Origin: the human T2T-CHM13v2.0 reference genome, Homo sapiens | Direction: 5' to 3' (one strand) | Length of the DNA: 64,000 nucleotides | Assembly (NCBI RefSeq): GCF_009914755.1 | Contig: NC_060946.1 | Part shown: positions 51,401-64,000 of the stretch, piece by piece | Position numbering within the stretch: position 1 is the first letter of the stretch | Layout: each line of letters begins with the position of its first letter | The notes under the pieces: generated by a model | Seen by the model: the letters and a program-made list of their open reading frames with translations, nothing else | Database searches by the model: none | What the model was told of the DNA's origin: nothing | Made by a program: the position numbers and the translations under genes

Positions 51401-54400
51401 GTGGAGTGGAATGCAGTGGAGTTGTGAGGAGTGGAAAAGAGTCGAGTGGCAGGGAATTGAAGGGAATGGAATGGAATTAAATGGAATGGAATGGAATAGT
51501 GTGGAATGGAGTGGAGTGTAATGGAGTGGAGTGCATTGGAATGGAGTGGAGGGGAGTGGAATGGAATGTAGTGGATTGGAGTGGCATTGAATGGAATGTA
51601 ATGGATTGGAGTGGAATGGAGTGGAGTGCAGTGGAATGGACTAAAATGGAATGGAGTGGAGTATAGTAGAGTAGAGTACAGTGGAGTGGGGTAGAATGGA
51701 GTGGATTATGGTAGAGTAAAGTGGAATGGAGTGGAGAAGAATGGAATGGAGTGGATTGGAATAGAGTGGAGTGTAGTGGAATTGCGTGGAATGGAATGCA
51801 GTGGAGTGGCATAAAGTGGAATTGTTTGGAATGGAATACAATTGACTGGAATGGAATGGAGTGGAATTGAGTGGAGTGGAATGGAGTTGAGTGGAATGGA
51901 TTGGAGTGGAGTGGAATGTAGTGGAGTGGAGTGGAGTGAAGTGGAGAGGAGGGGAATGGAGTGGAGTAAATTGGAGGAGTGTGGAATGTAGTGGAATGGA
52001 ATGCTCTGGAGTGTAGTGTAGTGTATTGGAATGGAATGGAGTGGAGTTGCATGGAGTGGAGTGGAGTGGAATGGACTAGAATGGAGTGGAATTGAGTGGA
52101 GTGGAATGGAGTGCAGTGGAGTGGAGTGGAATGGAATGGAGTCTAGTGGAATGGAGTGGAATGGAGAGGAATGGAGTGGAATTTAATGGAGTGGAATGGA
52201 ATGTAGTGGAGAGGAATGGAGTGGAGTGGAGTGGTGTGGAGTAGAGTGGAGTGGAATGAAGTGGAATGGAGGGGAATGGAGAGGAACGAAGTGTAGTGGA
52301 GTGGAATGGAATTAAGTGGAGCAGAATGGAATGGAGTGCAATGCTATGGAATGGAGTGGAGTAGAATGAAGTGGACTGGAGTGGAGTGTAGGGGAGTAAT
52401 ACAGAAAGGAATGGAGTGGAGTGGAGTGGAGTAGAGTGGAGTGGAGTGGAGTAGAGTGGAGTGGAGTGTCATGGAGTGGGGTGGAATGGAGTGGATTGGA
52501 ATGGAATGGATTGGAATTAAATGGATTGGAGTGGAATTGAATGGAGGGGAATGGAATGGTGACAAATGGATTAGAAAGTATTTCAGTCGTGTGGAAAAAA
52601 TGGAGTGGAAGGGAAAGGAAAGGAATTCAATGGAATGCACTGAAGTGGAGTGACATGGAGTGGACTGCAGTGGAATGAGGTAGAATGGAATGCAGTGGAG
52701 TGGAATGGAATGGAATGGAAAGGAAAGGAAAGTAATGGAATGGAGTTGTGTGTAATGGAATGGAGTGCAGTGTAATTGAGTGGACTGCAGTGAAGTGGAG
52801 TGGAATGGAGTTGAATGGAGGGGAATGAAGTGGAGTGGAGTGGAGGGGAAGGAAGTGGAGTGGACTAGAATGGAGTGGAATGGAGTGGAATGGAATGCAG
52901 TGGACAGGAATGGAATGGAGTGGAGTGCAGTGGATTAGAGTTGAGTGGAGTCGAGTGCAGTGGATTAGAATGGAAAAGATTGCAATGGAGAGGAGAGGAA
53001 TGGAATGGAGAGGGGTGGAATGGATTGCAATGGAGTGGAATGGAATGGAATGGAGTTTAGTTGAGTAGAGTGGAGTGGAAAGGAGTGGGGTGGAATGGAG
53101 TTGAGTGGATTGGAGAGGAATGGAATCGAGTGGAGTCAAATTGAAAAGAGTGGAGTGGAATTGAGTGGAATGGATTGCAGCGGAGTGGAATTGTGTAGAA
53201 TGGAATGAAGTGGAATGGAGTGGAGTGGAGTCGAGTGGAGTGGAGTCGAATGGAGTGGAGTGGAATGGAGTGGAGTGGAATGGAGTGGAGTGGGGTGGAA
53301 TGGGGTGAAATGGAATGGAATTAAGTGTAAAGGAATTCAGTAGAGGAGAATGGAATGGAGTGCAGAGGAATGTAATGAAATTCATAGGAGTGGAATGGAA
53401 TGGAATGGAATAGAATGGGATGGAATGCAGTGGAGTTGAGTGGAATGGATTGGAGAGGAATGGAATGTAGTAGAATGGAAAGCAGTGGAATGGAATGGCG
53501 TGGAATGGAATGGAAAGCTCTGAATTGGTGTTGAATGGAATTGAGTGGATGGAGTGGAAAGGAGTGAAGTGGAATGGGGTGGAATGGAATGAAATGGAGT
53601 GGAATGGAATGGAATGCAATGGAGTGTTGTGGAATGGATTGGATTGGAGTAGAATTAAGTGGACTGGAGTGGTGTGCAGTGGAATCAAGTGGTGTGGAGT
53701 GGAATGAAGCGGAGTTTAGTGGAATGGAGTGGAAAGGAATGGAGTGGAGTGGAAAGGAATAGATTGGATTGGAGTAAAGTGCAATGGAGTGGAGTGGAGT
53801 GGAGTGCAATGCAATGCAGTGGAGTGGAGAGGTGAGGAATGGAATGGAGTTGAAAGGAATGGAGTAGAGTGGAGTGGAAAGGACTGGAATGGAATGGAGT
53901 GGAGTGGAGTGGAGTGGAGTGTAGAGGAGAGGGGTCGAATGGAGTGGGGTGGAGTGGAATGGAATGGAATGGAGTGGAGTAAAATGGACTGGCTTGGAGT
54001 GGCACCGAGTAGAATGGAATGGAGTGGAATGAAATGCTGTTGAAGGGAATAAAATGGAGTGGCGTGGAATGGAATGGAATGGAGTGGAGTGGAGTGGAAT
54101 GGAGTGCAGTGGAGTGGAATGGAGTGGAATGGAATGGAGTGGAGAAGAATGGAATTTAGTAGAGTGGAGAAGAGTGGAGTGGAGTGGAGTGGAATGGAAC
54201 GAAGTGCAGTGGACTGAAGTGGAGAGCAAAGGAATGGATTAAAGTGGAATTGAGGGGAGTGGAATAGGAAGGAGTAGAGTGGAATGGTGTGGAATGGATT
54301 GGAATGCAATGTAGTGGAATGTAGTGGAGAAGAGTGGAATGGAATTGAGTACAGTGGATTAAAATGGAATGGAGTTGATTGAAATGGAATGTAGTGGAAT

Positions 54401-57400
54401 GGAATGAAGTGGAGGGGAGTGGTGTTTAGTGGAGTGTAGTGGAATGGAGTGGAATTGAATGGAATGGAGTGGAATGGAGTGGAGTGCAGTGGAAGGGAAT
54501 TAAGTGGAGTGGAATGGATGGAGTGGATCGGAGGGGAGTAGAATGGAGAGGACTGGAGTGAAGTGGAGTGCAGAAGATCGCAAATTAGTGGAGTGGAGTG
54601 GAATGGAATGGAATGGAGTTGAATGCAGTGGAATTTAGTTGAATGGAGTGCAGTGCAGTGGAATGGAATTAAGTGGAGTGGAATGGAATAGTGTGGAATG
54701 GAATGGAATGCAGTCGAGTAGAATGGTGGGGACTGGAGTAGAGTGGAGTGGAGTGGAATGAAAAGGAGTAGAGTGGACTGGAGAGGAATGGAGTAGAGTG
54801 GAAAGGAATGGAGTCGAGCAGAATGCAGTGGAGTGGAGACTAATGGAGTGGAACGGAATGGAGAGGAGTGGAATGGAGTGGAGTGGAATGGAATGGAATG
54901 GAATGGAGTGGAGTGTAATGGAATGGATTTGATTGGAGTCAATGGAGTGGAATGGAATGGAATGGAATGGAGTGGAATGGAGTGGAATGGAGTGGTGTGG
55001 CGTGGATGGAAATGGAATGGAGTGGAATGGAGAGGAAAGTAATGGAGTGGAGTGGAGTGGAATGGAATAAAGTGAAATGGAGTGGAATGGAACAGAGTTA
55101 AATGGAGTGGAATTGAGTGTAGTGGAGTGGAATGGAATCGAATGCAGTGGAATAAAATGGTGTGGAGGGGAATGGAATGGAATGGAGTGGAATTGAATGG
55201 AGTGGAGTGCAGTGGTGTGGATATCAGTGGAGTGTAATTAAATGGAGAGTAATGGAATGGAATGGAGTGGAATGGAGAGAAACGAAGTGGAGTGGAGTGG
55301 AATGGAATGGAGTGGAATGGAGTGGAGTGGAGTTGAGTGGAGTGGAGATGAGTGGGGTAGATTGGAGTGGAATTGAGTGGAGTGTAATGGAGTGGAGTGG
55401 AATTGCAGGGCATGGAAGGGCATGAAATGGATTGGAATGGTTTGCAGGGGTGTGGAAAAATTGGAGTGGAGGGGAGGGGATTCGTATGGAGTGGAATGGA
55501 ATGGAGTGGAATGGAGTGCCTTGGAATGGAGTGGAATGGAATGGAATGGAGTATAATGGAGTGTTATGGAGAGGAGTGGAGTGGAATGGACTGGACTGAA
55601 ATGGAGCGGAGTGGAGTGGGGTGGTATGATTAGGAGTGGATTCCAGTGGAATGTGATGGAATGTAGTGGAATGGAGTGCAGTGGAGTGGAATGGAGTGGA
55701 ATGGAGTGGAGTGGACGGGAAAGGAATGTAGTGGAGTGGAATGGAATGAAAGTGAATGGAGTAGAGTGGAATGGAATGGAATGGAATGGAGTGGAGTGGA
55801 GTGGAATGGGATGGAGTGGAGTGGAATGGAATGGAGTGGAGTGGAACAGAGTGGACTGGTGTGGAATGGAAATTAATCGAATGGAGTTTAATACAGAGAA
55901 GTAAAATGAAATGGAATGTAGGGGAATGGATTTAGTGGAATGGAATGGAATGCCCGGAAGAGGAGAGGAATGGAGTGGAGTGAAGTGGAGAGGAGTGGAG
56001 TGGAATGGGGTGGAATGCAATGAAGTGGATTGGAATGGAATGGAATGAAAGGAATGGAATGGAGTGCTGTGGAAAGGAATGGAGATGAGTACAATGCAGT
56101 GGAATGGAATGGAGTGGAGTGCAGTGAATTAGAGTGGACTTACTTGAAATGGAGTGGAAAGGAGTGTAAAGAAGTGAAATGGAATGGAATGGAGTGGAAT
56201 GGAATGGAAGTCAGTGGGGTGGAGTGTAACGGAATGGAGTGGAGCAGAGTGGTGCGGAATTGTATGGAATGGAGTGGACTGGAGTGGAGTGGAATATAGT
56301 GGAGGTCAATTGAGAGGAGTGGAATGGAATAGGGTGAAATGGAATGGAATGTAGTGGAATACAGTGGAATGGAGTGCAGTGGAGGGGAAAGGAGTGGAGT
56401 GGAATGGAATGGAATGGAGTGGAATGGATCGAGTGGAGTGGAATGGAATGTAGTAGAGTGGAACAGAGTTGAGTGGTGTGGAACGGTAGTAAGTGGAATG
56501 GAGTGGAACGGAGAGAAGTGAAATGGAGTTCAGTGGAAGAGAACGGATGTAGTGGAATGGAATGGAATGCCCTGAAGACGAGTGGAATGGAGTGGAGTGA
56601 AGAGGATTTGAGTGGAGTGGAATGGGGTGGAATGGAATGAAGTGGAGTGGAATGGAATGGAATGGAATGAAATGGAATTGAATGCAGTAGTGTGGACAGG
56701 AATGGAATTGAGTACAATGGAGTGGACTGCAGTGGAGTGGAGTGGAAAGGAGTACAAAGGAGGGGAATGAAGTGCAGTGGAGTGGAATGTATTGGAATGG
56801 AATGGAGTTGAGTTGAATGGAATGGAGTGGAGAGGAATGGAATGGAGTGTAGTAGAGTAGAGTGGTGTGGAATGGAATGAAATGGAATGCAGTGTTGTGG
56901 AGTGGAGTGGAATTGAATGTAGTGGAGTGGAATAGAGTGGTGTGGAGAGAAACTGGGATGGAATGAAGTGGAGTGGAGTAGAGTGGACTGGAGTGGAGTG
57001 GGGTGGAATGGAGTGGAGTGGAGTGGAATGGAATGCTGTGGAGTGGAATGGAGTGGAATGGAATGAAGTGGAGTGGAATAAAATAGAGTGAATGGGAATG
57101 GAGTGGAAAGGATGGAATTGAAGGGAGTGGAATGGAGTGGAGGGGAATGGAATGGAGTGCAGTTGAGAGGAAAGAATTGCAGTGGAGTGGAATGGAGAGG
57201 AATGGAATAAAGTGGAGTGGAGTGGAATTGAGTGGAGTCGTGTGGAATGGAGTTGAGTGGAGTACAATGGATTGGAAGGGAGTGGAGAGGAATGGAATGG
57301 AATGAAGTGCACTGGAATGAAGTGGAGTGGAATGGAATGGAGTGGAGTGGAACGGAGTAGAGTGGAGGGCAATGGAGTGGAATGAAGTGGACTGGAGTGG

Positions 57401-60400
57401 AGTAGAGTGGAATGGAGTGGAGTGGAATAGGGTGGAGTGGAGAGGAGTGGAACGGAATAAGGTGAAATGGAATGCAATGGAGTGGAGTGGAGGGGAAAGG
57501 AATGGCGTGGAGTGGAATGGGATGGGATGGAATGGAATGGACTGGAGTGGAATGCAATGGAGTTGACTGGAATGAAATGGAGTGGAGTGGAATGGAGTGG
57601 AGTGGAGTGTAATGGAGGGCAACGGAGTGGAAGGGGAGTGGAATGGAATGGAGGGAAGTTCAATTGAGTGGAGTGGAGTGTGGTCGAGTGGAAAGGGGTG
57701 AAATGGAATGGAATGGAGTGGAGTGGAATGGAATTGAGTGGAGTGAAGTGGAGTGGAATGGAATGGAGTGGAGTGGAGTGTAATGGAATGGAATTGAATG
57801 GAATGGACTGGAATGGAATGGATTGGAATGGAGTGGACTTTAATGGAATGGAGTGTAATGCAGTGGAATAGAAAGGAGTGGAGAGGAATTGAGTGGAGTG
57901 GAATTGAATGCAGTAGAGTGGCACAGAGTGGAGGGGAGTGGAGTGAGTGACTTGAAATGAATGGAATGTTATGAAACGCAATGGCAAGGAATAGAATGGA
58001 ATGGAGTGGAGTGCAGTGAAATAGAGTCAACTGGAATGGAATGGAGTGGAAAGGAGTGGAAAGTTTTGGAATGCAATGTAATGGTAGGGAGTGGAATGGA
58101 ACACAGTGGAGTGGAGTGGAATGGAGTGCACTGGAGTGGAATTCTGTAGAATGGTATGGAGTGGAGTGGAGTGGAATGGAGTGGAGGGGAATGGAGTGCA
58201 GTAGAATAGAATAGGTTGAAATGCTATGGAATGGAGTGGAAAGGAGTGGAGGGAGGGGAAAGAAATGGAATGGAGTGGAATGGAATGGAATGGAGTGGAG
58301 TGGAGTGGAATGGAATGGAGTCGAGTTTAATGCAATGTAGTGGAGTGGAACAGAATGGAGTGTTCTGTAATGGAAGGAAGTGGAATGGAGTGGAGTGAAG
58401 AGAAGTGAAATGGAATGGACTGGAGGGGAACATACGGAGTGGAATGGAATGAAATGCCCTGAAGTGGAGTGGAATGGAGTGGAATGAGGTGGAGTTGAGT
58501 GAAGGGGAATGGGGTGGAACGGAATGTAGTGGAGTGGAGTGGAATGGAATGGAATGGAATGGAATGGAATGGAATGGAAAGGAATGGAATGGAATGGAAA
58601 GGAATAGAGTGGTTTGGAAAGGAATGGATTGGAGTAAAATGGAGTGGACTGCATTGGAGTGGAGTGGAATGGATGGCACTGAAGGGGAATGAAGTTGTGG
58701 AGAGGAAAGTAGCGGAATGGAATGGGGTGGAGTGGAATGGAATATAGTGGAGAGGAATGGAATGGAGAGGAATGGAGTAGAGTGGAGTGCACTGGAGTGG
58801 AGTGGAATGGAATGGAATGCAGTGGGGTGGAATGGAATGGAATGGAGTGGAGTAAACCAGAGTGGATTCGAGTGGAGTGGAATGGAATGCAGTGGAGAGG
58901 AGTGGAGTGGAATGGAATGGAGTGGAGTGAAAAGGATGTCAGTGGAGTGAAGTGGAGTGGAATTGAGTGGAGGGGAGTGGAATGAAATGGACATATTGGA
59001 ACAGAGTGGAATGGAATGGAATGCACTGGAGGGGAGTGGAATGGAAAGGAGTGTATTGGAATAGAGTGGTGTGGAGTGGAAGGGACTGGAATGGAATTGA
59101 GTGGACTGGAGAAGAGTGGAGTGGATTGGAGTGGGCTGGAATGGAATGGAGTGGAGTGGAGTGGAATAGAATGGAGTGGAGCTGAATGGAGTGGAGTGGA
59201 GTGGAGTGGAATGGAATGCAGTGGAGTGGAATGGAGTGGAATGGAATGAAGTGGAGTAGAATGGAATGAAGTGGATTGGAATAAAATGGAGTGCAATGGA
59301 ATGGATGGATTTCAAGGGAGTGGAATGGAGTGGAGTGGAATGGAGTGGTTTGGAATGGAGTGGAGTGGAGTGGAGTGGAATTGAGTGGAGTTGAGAGGAA
59401 AGAAGTGGACTGTAGTGGAATACAAGGAATGGAGTACAGTGGAGTGCAGTGGAATTGAGTCGATTGGAATTTATTGGAGTGAAGTGGAGTACACTGGAAT
59501 GGAGGGGAGGGGAGTGGAATGGAATGGAATGCAGTGCACTGGAATGAAGTGGAGTAGAATGGAAGGAATTGGAGTGGAATGGAGTGGAATGGAGGGCAAT
59601 GGACTGGGACAGAGTGGAGTGAAGTGGAGTAGAGTATAGGGGAGTGGAATGGAGTGCAGTGGAGAGGAATGGAATAGGGTGAAATGGAATGGAATGGAGT
59701 AGAATGGAGAAGATTTGTGGGGAATGGAATGGAGAGCAGTGGAATGGAATGGAATGCAATGGAATGGAGTGGAGTGGAATGGAATGTAGTAGAATGGAAT
59801 GGAGGAGAAAGGAATAGAATGGAGTGGAATGGAATGGAATTGAATAGAGTGGAATGGAGTGGAGTGGAATGGAGTGGACTGGAGTGGAATGGATTAGAGT
59901 GGAGTGCAGTGGAATGGCGTGGAGCGGTAGGGAATGGATTGTAGTGGAATGGAATGGAATGCAACAGAGTGGAGGGGAGTAGAGGGGAGTCGAATGCAAT
60001 GTAGTGGAGTGGAGTGCACAAGAGTGGAGTGGAATGGAGTGGAATGGAATGTACTGGAATGGAGTGGAATGGAATTGAATAGAATAGAGTGGAATGGAAT
60101 GGAATTGAATGGAGTGGAATGGAATGCAGAGGAGTGGAATGCAACAGAGTGGAAAGGAATGGAGTAGATGGATTGCAGTGGAGTGGAGTGGAGTGAAGTG
60201 GAGTGGAGTGGAGTTCAATGGAGGTGAGTGGAGTTGAGTGGAGTGGAGTGAAGTGGAATGGAGTGGAATGTAGTTGAGTGCAGTGGAATGGAGTAGAATG
60301 GAATGGAGTGGACTGGAATGGAGTGGAATGGAGTGGAGTTGAGTGGAGTGGAGTGGAGTGGAATGGAATGGAATGGAATGCAATGGTGTGGAGTGGGGTG

Positions 60401-63400
60401 GTGTGGAGTGGAGTGGACTGGAATGGAGTGGAGGGGAGTGGAGTGGAGGGGAGTGGAGTGAACTGGAATAGAGTGGAAGGGAATAGAATGGAATGGAATG
60501 GAATGGACTGCAATGAAGTCAAGTGGAGTGGTGTCGACTGGAAGGGAACGGAGGGGAGTTGAGTGGAACGTAGTGCAGTGGAGTGCAATGGGGCGGAATT
60601 TAGTGGAATGGAATGGAATGGAAGGGAAGAGAATGGAACACAATGAAATGGAATTTTATGGAATGAAATGGAGGTGAATGGAATGGAGTGCAGTGGAAAT
60701 GGAATGAAGTGGAGTGGAATGGAATGGAGTGTATTGGATGGATTGGAATGGAGTGGAGTGGAGTAGAATGTAATGGAAGGGAACAGAGTGGATTGGAGTG
60801 GACTGCAATGGAATGGAGTGGTGTGGAATTGAATGGAATGGAATGGAATTTAGTGGAGTGGAATAGAATGTAATGAAAAGGAATGGAATGGAATGGAGTG
60901 GACTGGTGTGCAGTGGATTTGTGTGGAGTTGAGTGGAGTGGAGTGTAATGGAGGGAAGTGTAATAGAACGGAATGGAGTGGAATGGAATGCAAAGGAATT
61001 GAATGGAACGGATTCGAGTGGAATGGTGGGGAGTGGAATGGAGAGGAGTAGAATGGATTGGAGTGGAATGGAGTGGAGTGGAATGGAGTGGACTAGAGAA
61101 TAATGGGGTGGAGCGGAATGGAATGGAAAGGAATTGAATGGGGTAGAATGGAATGGAATGCGATGTGGTGGAGTGGAATGGAGTGGAGAGAAGAGGAGTG
61201 GAGATTATTGGAATGGAGTGGAATGGAGTGGAGACAAATGGAGTGGAGTGGAGTGGTTTGCAGTGGAGTGGAGTGGAGTGGATTGCAGTGGAGTGGAGTG
61301 GAATGGATTGGTGTGGTGTGGAGGGGAATAGAATGGAATGGGAAGGAGTGGAGTGCAGTGGAGTGGAGTCAAATGGAATGGAATTTAATGAAATGGAATG
61401 GAGAAGATTGCTGTGGAGTGGAGTGGAATGGATTGGAATGGATTGGAGTAGATTGTTGTGGAGTCCCGTGGAATGGAAAGGAGTGTAATGCAGTGGAATG
61501 GAGTGAAATGGAATGGAATGGAGTGGAATGGAGTTGAATGGAATGATGTGAAATGGAATGGTATTCAGTGGAGTGGAATGCAATGGACTGGAATGGAATG
61601 GAGTGGAACGGAATGGAATGGAATGTAATGGAATGGAAAGGAATGGAGTTGAATGGGGTGGAATGAAATGGAATAGAATGGAATGGAATGGAGTGGAGTT
61701 GAATGGAATGGAATGGAGTGGAATGGAGAGGAGTGGAGTGCAATGGAGGGCAATGCAGGGAAATGGAGTTGAAAGGAATGGAATGGTGTGGAGTGCAATG
61801 GAATGGAGTAGAGTTGAATAGAATGCAGTGGAGAGGGATGGAATGGAGATGCTTGGAATGGAATGGAATGGAAAGGAATGGAATGGAGTTGAGTGGAGTG
61901 GAGGGGAAAGAAATGGAATGGAATGGAATGGAGTGGAGAGGAGAAGAACATATAATGGATTGGAATGGAATGGAATGGAGTGGAGAGGAGAAGAATATAA
62001 TAGAATGGAATGGAATGAAATAGAGTGGAATGGAGTGGAGTAGAGTGGAATGGAATGTAGTGGAATGGAATGGATTGGAAAGGAATGGAATGGAGTGGAT
62101 TGGAAAGGAGAGAAGTGGAATGGAGTGAAGTGGATTGGAATGGAGTGCAGTGGAATGTAATGGAATGGAAAGGAGTGGAGTGGAATGGAGTTGTACGGAG
62201 GGGAGTTGAATTGAATGGAGCAGAGTGGAGGAGAATGGAGTGGACTGGAGTAGAGTGGAATACAATGGAATGGAGTGGACTGGAGTGGTGTATAGTGGAG
62301 TGGAGTGAAATGGAGAGGAGTGAAATGGAGTGGATTGGAATGGAGTTGTCTGGAATGGAATGCATTGGAATGGAGTGGAATAGAGTGGAGAGGAGAGGAA
62401 TGAAATGGACTGGAATGGAGTGGAATGGAATGGAATGGAGTGGAATGGAATGAAATGGAAAGCAATGGAGGGAAGTGGAGTGGAGTGGCATTGAGTGGAG
62501 GGGAATGGATTGGGGTTTAATGGAATGGAATGGAATGGAATGGAATGGAGAGAAATTGAATGGAGTGGAATGGAATGGAATGAACTGGAGTGGAATGGAA
62601 TGGAGTGGAGTGCAATAAAATGGAAAGGAGTAGAATGGTTTGGAATGGAGTGAAATTGAGTGGATTGTAGTGGAATGGAGTGGACTGGAGTGGAAAGGAA
62701 TAGACTGGAGTGGAATGGAATGGAGAGGAATGGAAGCTAATGAAATGGAGAGGACTGGAATGCAATGGAATGGAATGGAACGGAATGGAATGGAATGGAG
62801 TGGAATGGAATGGAATGGAATAGAAGAGAATGGGTGCTGAGATTGTGCCACTGTGCTACAGCCTGTGGGACAGGGGGAGATCCTGTCAAAAAAAAAACGG
62901 GTTGAATGGAATGCAGTGGAGTGGAGTGGAGTGGAGTGGAAAGGAGTGGAGTGGAGAGGAATGGAATGGACTGGAGTGTAATGGAATGAAGTGGAGGGGA
63001 ATGGAATGCAGTAGAGTGGAATGGAAAGGAATGGAGTGGAGTGGAATGGAATGGAGTGGAGTGGAATGGAATGGAATAGAATGCAGTGGAATGGAGTGGA
63101 ATAGAATGCAAAGGACTGGAGTGGAATGGAAAGGATTGGAGTGGAGCAGAATGGAGTGGAGTAGGGTGGAGAGGAGTGGAATCGAGAGGAGTAAAGTGGA
63201 ATGGAGTGGAGTGGAGTGGAGTGCACTGGATTGGAATGGAGTGGATTAGAGTTGAATGGAATGGAATGGAGTATAATGGAGTGGAGTGGAGTGGAGTGGA
63301 TTGGAGTGGAATGGAGTTGATTGGATTGGAGTGGAGTGAAGAATGAAATGGAGTGGAATAAAATTTAATGGAATGGAGTGGAGTGGAATGGTTTGGAGTA

Positions 63401-64000
63401 TATTTCAATGGATTGGAGATGCAGGGAGTGGAGTACAGTGGAATGGAAAGGAATGGAATTAAGAGGAGTGGAGTGGATTTGATTGGAGTTGAGTGGAGTG
63501 GAGTGGAATGCAATATACTGGAGTGGAAAGAATGGATTGGAGTGGAATGCAATGGAATTGAGGGAAATGGAGTGGAGTGGATTGAAGAGGACTGGAGTGG
63601 AGTGGAATGGAATAGAGTGGACTTGGGTGGAGTGGAATGGAATGGAATGGAATGGAATGGAATGGAATGGAGTGGAGAGGAATGGAATGCAGTGTCATGG
63701 AGTGGAGTGGAGTGGAATGGAATGGAACGGAATGCAGGGGAGTGGAGTGAAAAGGAATGGAATGGAATGGAGGTGTGGTGTGAAGTGGAATGGACTGGAA
63801 TGGAATCAGATGTAATGGAATGTAGAGGAGTGAAGTGGAGTGGAATGGAATGGAATGGAGTGCAGTGGAGTGGAGTGGAGAGGAATGCAGTGGAATGGAG
63901 TGGAATGGAGTGCAGTGGAGTGGAGAGGAGCGGAATGGAGTCGAATGTAATAGGATGTAATAGAGTGGAGCCGAGTGGAATAGTATGGAAATGAATGGAA
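48490..64000 (+). repeat. Domain 5: GGAGT-rich diverged satellite
   Basis: Long GGAGT runs mixed with GGAAT, and the decamer is essentially absent. Confidence 0.88.
62832..62897 (+). mobile_element. Alu right-arm 3' fragment (type C) with A10 tail
   Basis: GGGTGCTGAGATTGTGCCACTGTGCTACAGCCTGTGGGACAGGGGGAGATCCTGTC followed by A10 (62888-62897). Confidence 0.88.

Larger units (their letters stand above)
1..64000 (+). repeat. Satellite III (HSat3)-type (GGAAT)n pentamer array, single orientation
   Basis: Continuous 5-bp periodicity GGAAT with variants GGAGT, GGACT, CGAAT, GCAAT, GTAAT and GAAAT. It contains the classical Sat III decamer CAACCCGAGT and embedded Alu fragments, which indicate primate origin. 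Confidence 0.97.

Noticed and set aside
52550-52605. Short irregular patches (also ~5690-5790, ~14960-15000, ~43190-43215, ~55400-55490) as foreign insertions
   Set aside because: They are still mostly interpretable as heavily mutated pentamers, are too short to identify, and have no recognisable element signature.
48490-62800. Telomere-like repeats or strong G-quadruplex array
   Set aside because: There are no TTAGGG arrays. G-runs are mostly GG with only scattered GGG/GGGG, so canonical three-tier G4 clusters are not supported.
1-64000. All ORFs in the six-frame track as protein-coding genes
   Set aside because: They overlap in all frames, consist of MEWNG/IPFHS pentapeptide repeats dictated by the 5-bp period, and show no domain content.

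Overview
The whole window is pentameric (GGAAT)n satellite of the primate (human/great-ape) Satellite III (HSat3) type. The G-rich strand stays on + throughout, with no large inversion seen. I see no genuine gene: every listed ORF is a stop-poor reading of the pentamer (MEWNG on +, IPFHS on -). The array is a mosaic of sub-domains: (1) 1-~3310, GGAAT/GGAGT with nine ~63-bp Alu 3'-end fragments arranged in a ~1.55-kb higher-order repeat; (2) ~3310-18720, CpG-bearing GGAATCGAAT/GGACTCGAAT type; (3) ~18720-44480, diverged GGAAT/GGAGT type with a CpG-type island at ~21.9-22.6 kb; (4) ~44480-48490, nearly pure GGAAT with the classical CAACCCGAGT decamer; (5) ~48490-64000, GGAGT-rich type, ending with a tenth Alu fragment and sequence matching the window start. 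The most notable observations are the Alu-fragment/satellite composite repeat, the layered sub-family architecture, and two perfect heat-shock elements. All offsets were read by eye and domain boundaries are approximate. Species, chromosome and formal subfamily names cannot be fixed without a search.
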